Shown piece by piece: positions 42,166 to 51,775 of a stretch of DNA of 54,742 bases. The notes beneath the pieces were generated by a model. That model worked only from the letters and a program-made list of their open reading frames with translations. It was not told the origin of the DNA and did no database searches. Numbering within the stretch: the first letter of the stretch is position 1; the number at the start of each line of letters is the position of its first letter. The translations under genes were made by a program, and so were the position numbers. The stretch spans positions 1 to 54,742 of IMG/VR virus record IMGVR_UViG_3300037332_000228; one strand, written 5' to 3'. The DNA is from a virus. Taxonomy: Duplodnaviria > Caudoviricetes.

Positions 42166-43490
42166 AATATCAAGAAACCTCGCGGCCCTACAAACTATCC
42201 GATTTGACTAATAATGAATGGCGAGAATTTGCATTATACACTATTGCTCATCGAGCCATACCAAATATGTACGATTCACTGAAACCAGTACAGCGATTCT
42301 ATTTATATTCATCATTGATTAGCTCAATGAAAGAATTCAAGAAAGTGTCGAGTATATCAGGTTCACTCAGTAACCATGGTTATAACCATGCTGAAGCAAG
42401 TGGGGCGTCTGCTGGTAAACTCATGGCGGCAAAATGGTATAATAATATTTGCCTAGTCGAAGGCAGAGGGGCATTTGGTACTAGGCTCATTCAATCCCAA
42501 GGCGCGGATCGTTATGTGTATACCAGAGTTCATCCAAATTTCAACAAATACGTCAAGGATTTGGATCTTAGTCCAACGCACTCTGATCCGGAGCATGAAC
42601 CTCCTGCATTCTATTTGCCTGTTATTCCACTTGTTCTTGTAAATGGCACCAAGGGTATTGCCACGGGGTTTGCCACAAATATTCTACCCCGTAGTGTCAA
42701 GCATATTGTTGCGGCATGTGAAGAATATGTGAAGACAGGCAAAATTAATCAATCATTACCAATTAGTTTTCCTGAGTTCTCGGGAACTACGGTATATGAT
42801 GTAGAAGCTGATCGTTACGTTTCAGAAGGAATTTATACACGACCATCAAAAACCAGGATTGTAATTGAGGAGGTACCATATGGGTTTGACCGAGAAGGGT
42901 ATATCAAGATTTTAGACAAGCTGGAAGATGCGGGTGAGATCGTTGGGTATGATGACTTGTGTGACAGTAATGGGTTTGGGTTTGATGTCAAACTCAAAAA
43001 TGTAAACTCATCCTGGAAGCATGAAGACATCATAAAGCATTTCAAGCTTACCAAGACACACAGTGAAAACTTGAATGTAATTGATGAGAATAACAAGCTT
43101 AGATCATATTCTGATGCCCGAGACTTGGTCAAGGATTTCTGCAATTTTAGAAATGGTATTTTGCAAAAACGTATCGACTTACGGATCAAAGAATTACTGG
43201 AAGAAGTCAGATGGCTAACAGTTAAAATGCAATTTATTCAGGCAGTAATTGATAACAAAATTATTTTCAAGAATAAAAAGAAACAGTTGGTAGTGGATCA
43301 GATCATTGCAGTCACTGATGCAATTGATGCGGATTGTGACCGATTGTTGAGAATTAACATCATGAGCTTGACTGATGAAATGGTAAAAGATCTCATGGCT
43401 CAGCAAAAAACCGCAGGCCAGAGTCTGTTGTTTTGGCAAGCAACCACAGTAAAGGCACAATTCCTTTCAGACCTCAAAGAAATAAAATAA
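42162..43490 (+). CDS. DNA topoisomerase II medium subunit (T4 gp52-like)
   Basis: RAIPN..D.LKPVQR, catalytic ADRY and LVNG..GIATGF motifs. Confidence 0.95.
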   Translation: MKYQETSRPYKLSDLTNNEWREFALYTIAHRAIPNMYDSLKPVQRFYLYSSLISSMKEFKKVSSISGSLSNHGYNHAEASGASAGKLMAAKWYNNICLVEGRGAFGTRLIQSQGADRYVYTRVHPNFNKYVKDLDLSPTHSDPEHEPPAFYLPVIPLVLVNGTKGIATGFATNILPRSVKHIVAACEEYVKTGKINQSLPISFPEFSGTTVYDVEADRYVSEGIYTRPSKTRIVIEEVPYGFDREGYIKILDKLEDAGEIVGYDDLCDSNGFGFDVKLKNVNSSWKHEDIIKHFKLTKTHSENLNVIDENNKLRSYSDARDLVKDFCNFRNGILQKRIDLRIKELLEEVRWLTVKMQFIQAVIDNKIIFKNKKKQLVVDQIIAVTDAIDADCDRLLRINIMSLTDEMVKDLMAQQKTAGQSLLFWQATTVKAQFLSDLKEIK

Positions 43491-43552
43491 CACTTGCGGG
43501 TTGATCAAAAATCAACTAAAGTAACTTTACATTGTAATTTAGGAGAACTTCA

Positions 43553-44138
43553 ATGGCCAAAGGTAAATCATCCAGTGCAAAAGGTATTCAGTCAGCTGGT
43601 ATCCATCGCGCAGTATCTCGCGCGACTACTCAATTGATCCGAAAAGGATATCGCGCCAGCGGTGAACGAGTCACTAACCAACGTAATGCGTTTGACTCTG
43701 GAAAGCGTGTCATGGTAACCATTCCAAATCCAAATCCCAATGAGACTAATAAATTGTTCATTCGGGTGTCGGCCAAGGACGCAAACTGGAAGCCCAAAGA
43801 ATTCAAGAAAGGTGCCTAAGGCAAAGGCATCTAAATCCATTAGATTACAGCAAGCCAGAGCAGAACAGGTGCTCTGGCTTGCTAGATATGGGATTGATGG
43901 GACTAAAAAACCAAAAATAAAATCTCAGGTAAATTCATTGCCCAATCTCAAAGTCAAATCAAATGGTGTGGACATGGGTAATCAAGTTGCCACTCATGGT
44001 ATTGCAAAATGTATAAATAGATATACAGGCGACGAACTTATGGGAATAGGCCTGGTCCATAAAAGTGGATATGCTCCCATTAGAAAAGATAACCCCCAGT
44101 CAGCTAAAGATTTGGCCAATATGCGCCGATCAACATAA
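43553..44138 (+). CDS. two basic hypothetical proteins (43553..43819, ~43812..44138)
   Basis: VTIPNPNPNETNK.FIRV and YTG..L.GI...HKS motifs, typical of T4-like phage hypotheticals. Confidence 0.65.
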
Positions 44139-44150
44139 CAAGGAATTTAC

Positions 44151-44690
44151 ATGACAACTCATGCCATGATTGACTTAGAGACTCTCTGTACTCTGCCAAC
44201 GGCTCAAGTCTTGACTATTGGTGCAGTAAAATTTGACCCAAATTCGCCGACGGCTCCTCACAGTGATTATTACCATAGAATTAATATTGATGAACAGGAC
44301 GCCAAGGGCCGGACGATATCCCAGAGCACTCTAGATGAGTTCTGGGCAGTACAATCACCTGAAATTGTAGAAGAAGCTTTCTCAGATAAAGATAGACAGA
44401 CTGTGGAATCCGTGCTACTATCACTAAGAAAGTGGTTAGTGGGTGTGGATAATATCTGGTGTCAAGGATCATTTGATAATGTAATCCTTGAGGATATGTA
44501 TCGACAGTGGAATATTCCCATCCCATGGGCATTTTGGCAAATTGACAACTGTCGATCAGTATTCAAGGTTATGCCCAGTGATCCACGTAAAAAGTACACT
44601 TTCGCCGCCCACAATGCACTCGAAGATGCAAAAGTTCAGGCTCGGGCATTACAAGATACACTCAAGCACCTAGGTGTAAAATTAAAATAG
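44151..44690 (+). CDS. DEDDh 3'-5' exo(ribo)nuclease (DexA/RNase AS-like)
   Basis: MIDLETL, FD..IL and HNALEDA motifs. Confidence 0.85.
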   Translation: MTTHAMIDLETLCTLPTAQVLTIGAVKFDPNSPTAPHSDYYHRINIDEQDAKGRTISQSTLDEFWAVQSPEIVEEAFSDKDRQTVESVLLSLRKWLVGVDNIWCQGSFDNVILEDMYRQWNIPIPWAFWQIDNCRSVFKVMPSDPRKKYTFAAHNALEDAKVQARALQDTLKHLGVKLK

Positions 44691-44697
44691 GAATTAT

Positions 44698-45054
44698 ATG
44701 AAATATCAAGAAAGCGTAAATCGTTGGCTCATTGAGTGTTTTGGTGAGAAAATTGCCCGAGACAAAGTTGAACGTAATCATAGGTTCATGGAAGAGAGTT
44801 TGGAACTAGTGCAGTCCACTGGATGCACCAAAGAAGAAGTTCTCCTACTAGTTGACTATGTATTTTCCAGAGAAATTGGCGAAATTGAACAGGAAGTTGG
44901 TGGTGTAATGAACACATTAGCTGCTCTATGTTTGTCCCAAGGCATTGACATGCAACATGCAGGCGATATTGAATTGGAAAGATGTTTTATGAACGTTGAA
45001 AAAATCCGAATCAAACAGGCAAATAAGCCAAAATTTTCACCACTACCACAATAA
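44698..45054 (+). CDS. MazG-like NTP pyrophosphohydrolase-fold protein
   Basis: RF.EE..ELVQ...EQEVGGV..TLAAL. Confidence 0.55.
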   Translation: MKYQESVNRWLIECFGEKIARDKVERNHRFMEESLELVQSTGCTKEEVLLLVDYVFSREIGEIEQEVGGVMNTLAALCLSQGIDMQHAGDIELERCFMNVEKIRIKQANKPKFSPLPQ

Positions 45055-45067
45055 GGAAAAATTACAT

Positions 45068-45571
45068 ATGATCAATCAACCTGTTGCATACAAATATGTT
45101 TCAACAAAAGAATACGTGGATGCCTTTCCATGTGCATATCGCCAATGGCGTGCAGACAGTCATTGTAACAAAAATCATGGATATTCCTTTTCCATGAAGT
45201 TTTATTTTGGCACTGACAGTTTGGATGCACGAAACTGGGCTGCTGATTATGGGGGACTTCGTGAACTCAAGAAGATACTCGAAGATCAATTTGATCATAC
45301 TACATTAGTGGCCGAGGATGACCCGGAACTTGAATTCTACAAGGAAATGCAAAATCGAAAACTGGCCAAACTCACAATTCTACCAAGCCTAGGATGTGAG
45401 TCACTTGCTGATCAATTGTACAAATATGTGAATGGGGTTTATATCCCTGATCTTTGGGGCCAATCTGAATCAGATAGAATATGGTGCTTCAAAGTGGAAG
45501 TCAGGGAAACACAGGCCAATATGGCATATCGAGCCGGCCACCGCGAGTGGAATGAAAATCTTTTCGAATAA
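45068..45571 (+). CDS. queD: 6-carboxy-tetrahydropterin synthase (QueD/PTPS-like)
   Basis: C...HGYS, DYG.L..LK..L...FDH, E.LA and VRET..N motifs. Confidence 0.85.
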   Translation: MINQPVAYKYVSTKEYVDAFPCAYRQWRADSHCNKNHGYSFSMKFYFGTDSLDARNWAADYGGLRELKKILEDQFDHTTLVAEDDPELEFYKEMQNRKLAKLTILPSLGCESLADQLYKYVNGVYIPDLWGQSESDRIWCFKVEVRETQANMAYRAGHREWNENLFE

Positions 45572-45588
45572 TAAACAAAGGAAAACAA

Positions 45589-46002
45589 ATGACAACCAAC
45601 AATGAAAAATTTCTAAACGACTATTCTGAATTTGTGGAATCAGTTATGAGCGCCACTAGTCTGGACACTGAGGTCTATATTGATAGACTTCGCGAACTCA
45701 TGGGAACAGGCATTGAGCCCAGTCTTTTGCAAACCGGCGCAATTGGCCTAGCTGGCGAAAGTGGCGAATTCAATGATCTTGTAAAAAAGATCATGTTTCA
45801 AGGTAAACCAATTACTGACGAGACACGCACCCATCTGGAAAAAGAACTTGGAGACATTTTCTTTTATTGGACAACTGCCTGTATGGCTCTGAGCGTGGAT
45901 CCCTATGCTGTGATAGCCAAGAATCAATTCAAGCTCAGCAACCGCTATCCAGAAGGTTTCAGCACTACACGTTCTGAGAATAAGCCTGCGACAGATGTCT
46001 GA
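45589..46002 (+). CDS. mazG: MazG-like pyrophosphatase
   Basis: GLAGESGEF.D.VKK, KELGDI and N..KL..RYP motifs. Confidence 0.85.
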   Translation: MTTNNEKFLNDYSEFVESVMSATSLDTEVYIDRLRELMGTGIEPSLLQTGAIGLAGESGEFNDLVKKIMFQGKPITDETRTHLEKELGDIFFYWTTACMALSVDPYAVIAKNQFKLSNRYPEGFSTTRSENKPATDV

Positions 46003-46240
46003 TGAAATAACAGATGTCAATGAAATCAATGCATATTTGACCAAAATCTTCACTAAGAAAGAAGAGGCTGAAAAGCGTAGATTGCAGGCATACAGTATGG
46101 GACTAAGTAGGGGCATCACTAGTCAATTGGACAATATCATTGAGGCCATGGAATATGACATTCTTTACTATAATGCCAAGAAATCACTGATCAATGAGCA
46201 GAATGGTGAAGACGATGACGACGAGGGATTGATTGTCTAA
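45995..46240 (+). CDS. hypothetical protein
   Basis: ORF overlapping the mazG stop. Confidence 0.5.
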   Translation: MSDEITDVNEINAYLTKIFTKKEEAEKRRLQAYSMGLSRGITSQLDNIIEAMEYDILYYNAKKSLINEQNGEDDDDEGLIV

Positions 46241-46243
46241 TTT

Positions 46244-46753
46244 ATGCCCACACGAAACTCAAATCATCAAGTTGTAATAACTGAAGAAGATGCAATAAGG
46301 GCGTTATTATCTGACATGCGACTACATGAAATTGTTACGATTGATAAAAATTGGGCGGAAAAATATAATCAAACCAGCAGGTTGTTCGATCTGCATGACC
46401 CGCTGGTTTATACTGAATCAGATGAAAACAGTGATTTTTTAGATTCATGTGTAAATGAATGGCATATTCCAACGGAATATCAAGTACTCGATGTTCATGA
46501 ATATATACTTGATAAATGTAACACATCTTCACAAATTGACAGAGTAACATATGAACTTGGTGAGTTTGAGTCTAGAAAAATGATGCCAGTGTTGAAATTT
46601 ATGATTTATTTTGTTGCAAATATGCGCAAAAATAATATAGTATGGGGAGTAGGCAGAGGATCCAGCGTGGCCAGTTATGTACTCTACTTGATTGGCATTC
46701 ACAAAATCGATTCACTAAAATATAATTTGGACGTAGGAGAATTTTTAAGATGA
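46244..46753 (+). CDS. DNA polymerase III alpha-like fragment
   Basis: RV..EL, GVGRGSSVASYVLYLIGIH.ID and Y.L...EFL from the DnaE palm start. Confidence 0.8.
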   Translation: MPTRNSNHQVVITEEDAIRALLSDMRLHEIVTIDKNWAEKYNQTSRLFDLHDPLVYTESDENSDFLDSCVNEWHIPTEYQVLDVHEYILDKCNTSSQIDRVTYELGEFESRKMMPVLKFMIYFVANMRKNNIVWGVGRGSSVASYVLYLIGIHKIDSLKYNLDVGEFLR

Positions 46754-47127
46754 CTGTGATTAAAACTGCCATGGGCAAAACACTTGACATGGATGCATTG
46801 CGACGACAACATGAAGAAATAGAAGCAGTGGGCAATGTCAAAATGAACTCGCGCGGCGACCGACTGGATTCACAAGGAGACGTGAAATATACAGTACAGG
46901 AAGTTGTCAGAGAACAAGCCACAATACCAAACCAACCACGGCAGGCCAAAATGAGCGATACTGTTACCCCGTCTAAGACAGGCAAAAAATTAAAGAAAAC
47001 ATCACATGAGGTTTCGCGGAATCCCGTCTTCAATGATGAAGGCAAGACCGTATCGGAAGAAATTGAATACAGTGATGGCAGCATGGAAGTGATTGACGTA
47101 CTACCAGACGCTGATATAGGAGAGTAA
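46750..47127 (+). CDS. hypothetical protein
   Basis: TAMGK.LDM..L, AVGN...N.RGD motifs. Confidence 0.65.
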   Translation: MTVIKTAMGKTLDMDALRRQHEEIEAVGNVKMNSRGDRLDSQGDVKYTVQEVVREQATIPNQPRQAKMSDTVTPSKTGKKLKKTSHEVSRNPVFNDEGKTVSEEIEYSDGSMEVIDVLPDADIGE

Positions 47128-47128
47128 A

Positions 47129-47443
47129 ATGAGAACACTAACAGCAATCCGCGATAAAGTCATTGGTAAAATGATAGACGGCTTTGGAATTAAAAAGACA
47201 TCAGGTGGACTGATTGTCAATGAACACGACGGCACTGAAGAAGCCATCCGCGCCAGATGGTTTGAAATTACCCACACGGGACCTGACGTCATTGATATTG
47301 TAGTGGGTGACTGGGTATATGTCTCCCATGGCCGCTGGAGCCGAGGATTCCCAATTGATAAATCAGATGATACCAAGTATTATCACTTGGACAATGATGA
47401 AATTCTATGTAAATCAGATGAATACCCAATTGTAAAGGACTAA
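47129..47443 (+). CDS. GroES-like co-chaperonin
   Basis: AIRDKV..KTSGGLI..GPDV..I.VGDWV.V.HGRW. Confidence 0.75.
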   Translation: MRTLTAIRDKVIGKMIDGFGIKKTSGGLIVNEHDGTEEAIRARWFEITHTGPDVIDIVVGDWVYVSHGRWSRGFPIDKSDDTKYYHLDNDEILCKSDEYPIVKD

Positions 47444-47445
47444 GA

Positions 47446-48372
47446 ATGACCATTCAGAAACTTTGGTTTGAAAAATACCGACCAAAAGCAATCACAGAAT
47501 ACGTATTCAAAAATTCAGCATTAAAAAACCAAGTTGATAGATGGATTGCTGACAAGGATATGTCGGGCCATCTACTGTTAGCAGGCCCTCCCGGTACTGG
47601 CAAAACCAGTCTGGCCAAAGTTTTAATGAATGAGTTTGAAGTTGAAGAAGCGGATAGACTATATATCAACGCCTCCAGGGATAATGGCGTTGATCTATTC
47701 CGTAAAAAAGTGCAATCATTTTGTGAAACTATGCCATGGGGTGATTACAAGGTTGTTCTACTCGACGAAAGTGACCACCTCAGTAAGGAAGCACAGGCTG
47801 CGTTTCGAGGAGTCATGGAACAATATGCAGCAGGCGTGAGATTTATCATGACATGTAATTACCCAAACATGATGATTCCTGCAATCCATAGTCGAAGTCA
47901 AGTAGTATACCTTGATCAACTGGACATGACAGATTTCACCGTGAGATTGGCCGAGATTCTAATGGCAGAGTCAGTTGAATTTGAAATTGAAACGTTGGAT
48001 TCTTTCACCAAGGCGTCATACCCTGATCTCCGAAAAGCCATTAACAATATTCAATTGCATTCCACTTCTGGTAAATTAAAATTGCCAGAACAGGATGATT
48101 CATCAAGTGACTGGCGATTGACAATGATTGCATTATTCAGAGAAGGCAAGATGACTGAGGCCAGAAAATTTATTACCAAAACCATTAGGCCAGATGAATA
48201 TATCGACACATTTACATTCTTATATAATAATTTAGAATTCTATGGGTCAACCCAGGATCAACAAGACGAAGCAGTTTTAGTGATCAGGAATGGACTTGTA
48301 AAACATTCACAATGTGCTGACCCTGAAATCAACTTGTCAGCTACTCTAATTGAACTCGAAAGGATTACCTAA
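47446..48372 (+). CDS. clamp loader subunit (RFC/gp44-like)
   Basis: WFEKYRP, GPPGTGKT, INAS, LDE.D, HSR and PDLRK motifs. Confidence 0.92.
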   Translation: MTIQKLWFEKYRPKAITEYVFKNSALKNQVDRWIADKDMSGHLLLAGPPGTGKTSLAKVLMNEFEVEEADRLYINASRDNGVDLFRKKVQSFCETMPWGDYKVVLLDESDHLSKEAQAAFRGVMEQYAAGVRFIMTCNYPNMMIPAIHSRSQVVYLDQLDMTDFTVRLAEILMAESVEFEIETLDSFTKASYPDLRKAINNIQLHSTSGKLKLPEQDDSSSDWRLTMIALFREGKMTEARKFITKTIRPDEYIDTFTFLYNNLEFYGSTQDQQDEAVLVIRNGLVKHSQCADPEINLSATLIELERIT

Positions 48373-48374
48373 TC

Positions 48375-49594
48375 ATGCAAACCCCTGTCATTACTTATAA
48401 TGTATTGCCGAGAGAATTTAAGAAAACGTTCACTGTACTTGCTCATGAATATAGACTGGATTCAAAAATAATTGGGTACCTTGATCAATTGCAGTCCAGT
48501 TCTCTGAATGATTCACTGGATCTAGAGATTGATGTACGGGCAGACGGTGAGCCTGATAATGATGTAATTATAAAACTCATCAGTATAACATCACAGAAGG
48601 TTATCAAATATATATCACCGCCGACGACTTCCCCCCAGGTTACTGTATTACCTTCACAGGCACCGGCACAGTATCAAATGGTTGAAAAAATCGAGACTCA
48701 ACATGTTGATACAGTGACTGCTAAAATTTTCGTTTCGTACTCTTTCCTAAGTAACAGATACATGCATCCAGATTTCTATGTTCGATCATGGGATCTGTTG
48801 GCCAGACACATTGCAGCAGGCATTTATCTTGAATATTCAAATTTTTGCGATGAATATGATTTGACTGGAGTACACGAATTCTATCATAACGGTAAATGGT
48901 TGAATAATGAAGAGTATAGGACCGAAATGATTGCACAAGAAACCAATCGTATTATATATGAATCTGACTTGGTTTTAGTTACATGAATCTATTTAGTGGA
49001 ATTGACTTGCATATTGTTGTAAATGATCATAAACTAACAGATGACATAACGGTAACACATGGATCTCCTGCTACGAACGGACGTATTATGTACCTTACAC
49101 AAATTGATTATGATAAATTGAAAGAACAAAGTAATGACATCACAAGAAACAAATGAAGCCAAGAGAAATATTGAAACTGGTTATTATATTATACGAGTCC
49201 CATTTCCAGACGAGGGACTGTGGACATATCTCACTGTTACCAGCCATTCTGGCGAAATGTTGTTGCGTAAGTTTTATGACATTACAATGGCGAATAAAAT
49301 AGCCGCACAATATACAGGCGCCCAAGTGATATTTAAAGAATTATGAGGATCAATTTCTCAATTCTTAATAAAATAGATGAAACTGCACCTGTGACAATTA
49401 CCCGCACAGAGTATAATGAATACCAATGTATGAAAACAACTAGAGACCGAGAAACTGCTAGAATTCGAGAATATATTCTTATCAAGTCTGTTTGTTCATC
49501 TTGCGGTGTACAAAGCATGGATATTTATCCCGATTTGGGCAATATGTGTAGTGGCACTTGGTGCGAAGGCAGTATGATTTCACTAAAAAATTAA
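48375..49594 (+). CDS. hypothetical proteins (48375..48986, 49134..49346, 49343..49594)
   Basis: Co-oriented ORFs; the last has CxxC motifs. Confidence 0.55.
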
Positions 49595-49606
49595 AGGAAT
49601 AAGGTA

Positions 49607-50206
49607 ATGGCAAGTAGACTTCAAATGATGAACAAGAAAGGACTTGTTCATCCACCAAGATGGTTACCACAAAATGTACATTACGAAGTAATCACGGGAT
49701 CGGTGAGTTACGGTGCCTCGAATGATTCATCTGATATGGACATTGTGGGAGTTGTTATCCCGCCCAAAGAAGACATATTCCCCCACTTGAAGGGTGAAAT
49801 TCCAGGATTCGGTAGGCAAATCAAGAAGTTTGAACAATATCAGGAACACCACATCAATGACAACGATACTGGCAAGGAATATGACTTTACGTTTTATTCT
49901 ATTGTCAAATTCTTTAACCTTGCAATGGAAAACAATCCAAATATTGTTGATATTTTGTTTACCCCACAACAATGTGTTCTTTTTGCATCTCAGGTTGGCC
50001 AAATAATCAGAGACAACCGAAAGATCTTCCTCCACAAAGGCTCATATCAGAAACTGAGAGGGTATTCCTATGCCCAATTACATAAGATTGGCACCAAATC
50101 CATCCCCATGCCCGACAATATATCAGAAATTCTTTCTAAAATCGACAAAAATGATCTTAAATTGATCGATCAAGAAAAGATTAGAAGGGTATCTGAACAA
50201 CAGTAG
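49607..50206 (+). CDS. YcgL/RlaP-type nucleotidyltransferase, N-terminal fragment
   Basis: GSVSYG...SD.D..G, D..Y...KF and NPN..D.LF motifs. Confidence 0.85.
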   Translation: MASRLQMMNKKGLVHPPRWLPQNVHYEVITGSVSYGASNDSSDMDIVGVVIPPKEDIFPHLKGEIPGFGRQIKKFEQYQEHHINDNDTGKEYDFTFYSIVKFFNLAMENNPNIVDILFTPQQCVLFASQVGQIIRDNRKIFLHKGSYQKLRGYSYAQLHKIGTKSIPMPDNISEILSKIDKNDLKLIDQEKIRRVSEQQ

Positions 50207-50207
50207 T

Positions 50208-51158
50208 CTACATTCTTAAAGGCTTTGTCTTCCCCAGCCGCCAACCATCAGTGAGATACTCATCTACTTTTTCTGGTTGTACTCTTTTATTTTTGCCATC
50301 TTTCGTGATGGTTATAATACCCTTGCAATTGGATCCAACAGTCCAACCATCAGTGAGATACTCATCTACTTTTTCTGGTTGTACTCTTTTATTTTTGCCA
50401 TCTTTCGTGATGGTTATAATACCCTTAAAGCATTCACTTCTAAGCTTCCTTAATTCTGGATTATTAATATATGATTGCTTAACTGATTCACTCGAAGACA
50501 GTGCCCGCTCTCTTTTTTCTTTGTCGGTCAACCCATCCCATGAATCTTTTCCTTTTTGTGATCTTTCTTCTCTTTGGGACTCGGTTATATTTTTCTCTTC
50601 TTCAATACGACGAAGACTGGTGTTTTTCGAATGAGATTGTAGTTTCGGAGATGTTTTCCATGATTCTTGTTTTTTCTGCTTCATGGCTTTTCTAAATTCG
50701 TTATCCCAGTTCTCGGATATAGTCTTTAGTCTCTTATCATTTATTTCTGGTTGTTTATTTTTAATTATTGACTTCCAGTATTCAGTTTGAGAGATGTTTG
50801 TTATTCCATCACCATATAAAAGCTCAGTTATAAATTTATTTTTGTCAGAATCAAAAATGAAATCGTTGTTATGCATATTATAAAAATCAATATTCTTCCT
50901 GGCATTCACTTTTTTTAGAAATCTTGTTTCATAGTCGACCGCGGCTCGACCATCTTCGAATATTTTAATTTTTCTAATCTTGAATGAGTCAATTCCGTTT
51001 TTCTTGATTATATTTTTGATAGTATTAGATGATGTATTATACCCATCTAATTTTAATAATTCCTCCGGATCGCAGTCCTTGATCCATCTTGCTCCGGCAT
51101 AATACATGCCGTTGCTGGTATCTTGTAAGATATAGAAATATGGGGCATAAATATACAT
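50208..51158 (-). mobile_element. free-standing GIY-YIG-like homing endonuclease inside the nucleotidyltransferase gene
   Basis: N-terminus closely paralogous to 38788..40209 (PYFYILQ..NGMYYAG, Y.TSS, IRKIKIF, FYN.H.ND). Confidence 0.8.
50241..50426. repeat. identical 84-bp direct repeat, 102-bp period
   Basis: 50241..50324 equals 50343..50426; encodes KGIITITKDGKNKRVQPEKVDEYLTDGW twice. Confidence 0.95.
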
Positions 51159-51244
51159 ATGCTGTGTTCCTTTTGCAAAATTTAAACATAGAGTGGGCAG
51201 GTTTCGACCAAGTCACCGTGGCCCACAATGTAATTCTATTTACC
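51159..51244 (-). promoter_or_regulatory. TAAATA late-type promoter and structured leader
   Basis: GTGGGC-CAC-GGT-loop-ACC-T-GCCCAC on the minus strand. Confidence 0.6.
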
Positions 51245-51267
51245 AAATAGAATTCAGTATACACTCA

Positions 51268-51296
51268 TTGATATATGTGTTACAATAAGCTATATT
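51268..51296 (+). promoter_or_regulatory. sigma70-type promoter for the C-terminal nucleotidyltransferase fragment
   Basis: TTGATA-17-TATATT, then GAGG RBS. Confidence 0.55.
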
Positions 51297-51314
51297 AAAA
51301 TCAATGAGGCTCTA

Positions 51315-51773
51315 ATGAAAAGTACATTATCAAATTTATCAGACTCTGAACTAACAGAACTATCTAATTGGTACGAGTCATTGACTAAACGCAATAAGGA
51401 CATTCTAGTACATTCTTATTCAACCAAATTTGGGATGCATGTTGTCAGGCTGTTATTGCAATGTGAGCAGATTCTAACTGAACACGATCTCAATCTTCAG
51501 AGAAATGGCGGGATACTCAAGGCAATCCGCAGGGGAGAGTGGAGTGAAGTCAAGCTGCGTTCATGGTTTGATGAAAAAGAAAAACACCTCGAGGAACTGT
51601 ATGTGAAATCCACTCTTAGACATTCTCCAGATGAGGATGCGATCAAAATACTTCTTTTAAATTGCCTTGAGCACCATTATGGTGACCTGTCAACGGCAGT
51701 AAAAAAAGAACACTCAACTGTTGACAAGTTAGTGGAAGAATTGTATGCTGTACTGAACAAGAACGGATATTAA
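51315..51773 (+). CDS. nucleotidyltransferase, C-terminal fragment
   Basis: YSTKFGMHVVRLL, LKAIRRGE and STL...PD motifs. Confidence 0.85.
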   Translation: MKSTLSNLSDSELTELSNWYESLTKRNKDILVHSYSTKFGMHVVRLLLQCEQILTEHDLNLQRNGGILKAIRRGEWSEVKLRSWFDEKEKHLEELYVKSTLRHSPDEDAIKILLLNCLEHHYGDLSTAVKKEHSTVDKLVEELYAVLNKNGY

Positions 51774-51775
51774 TT

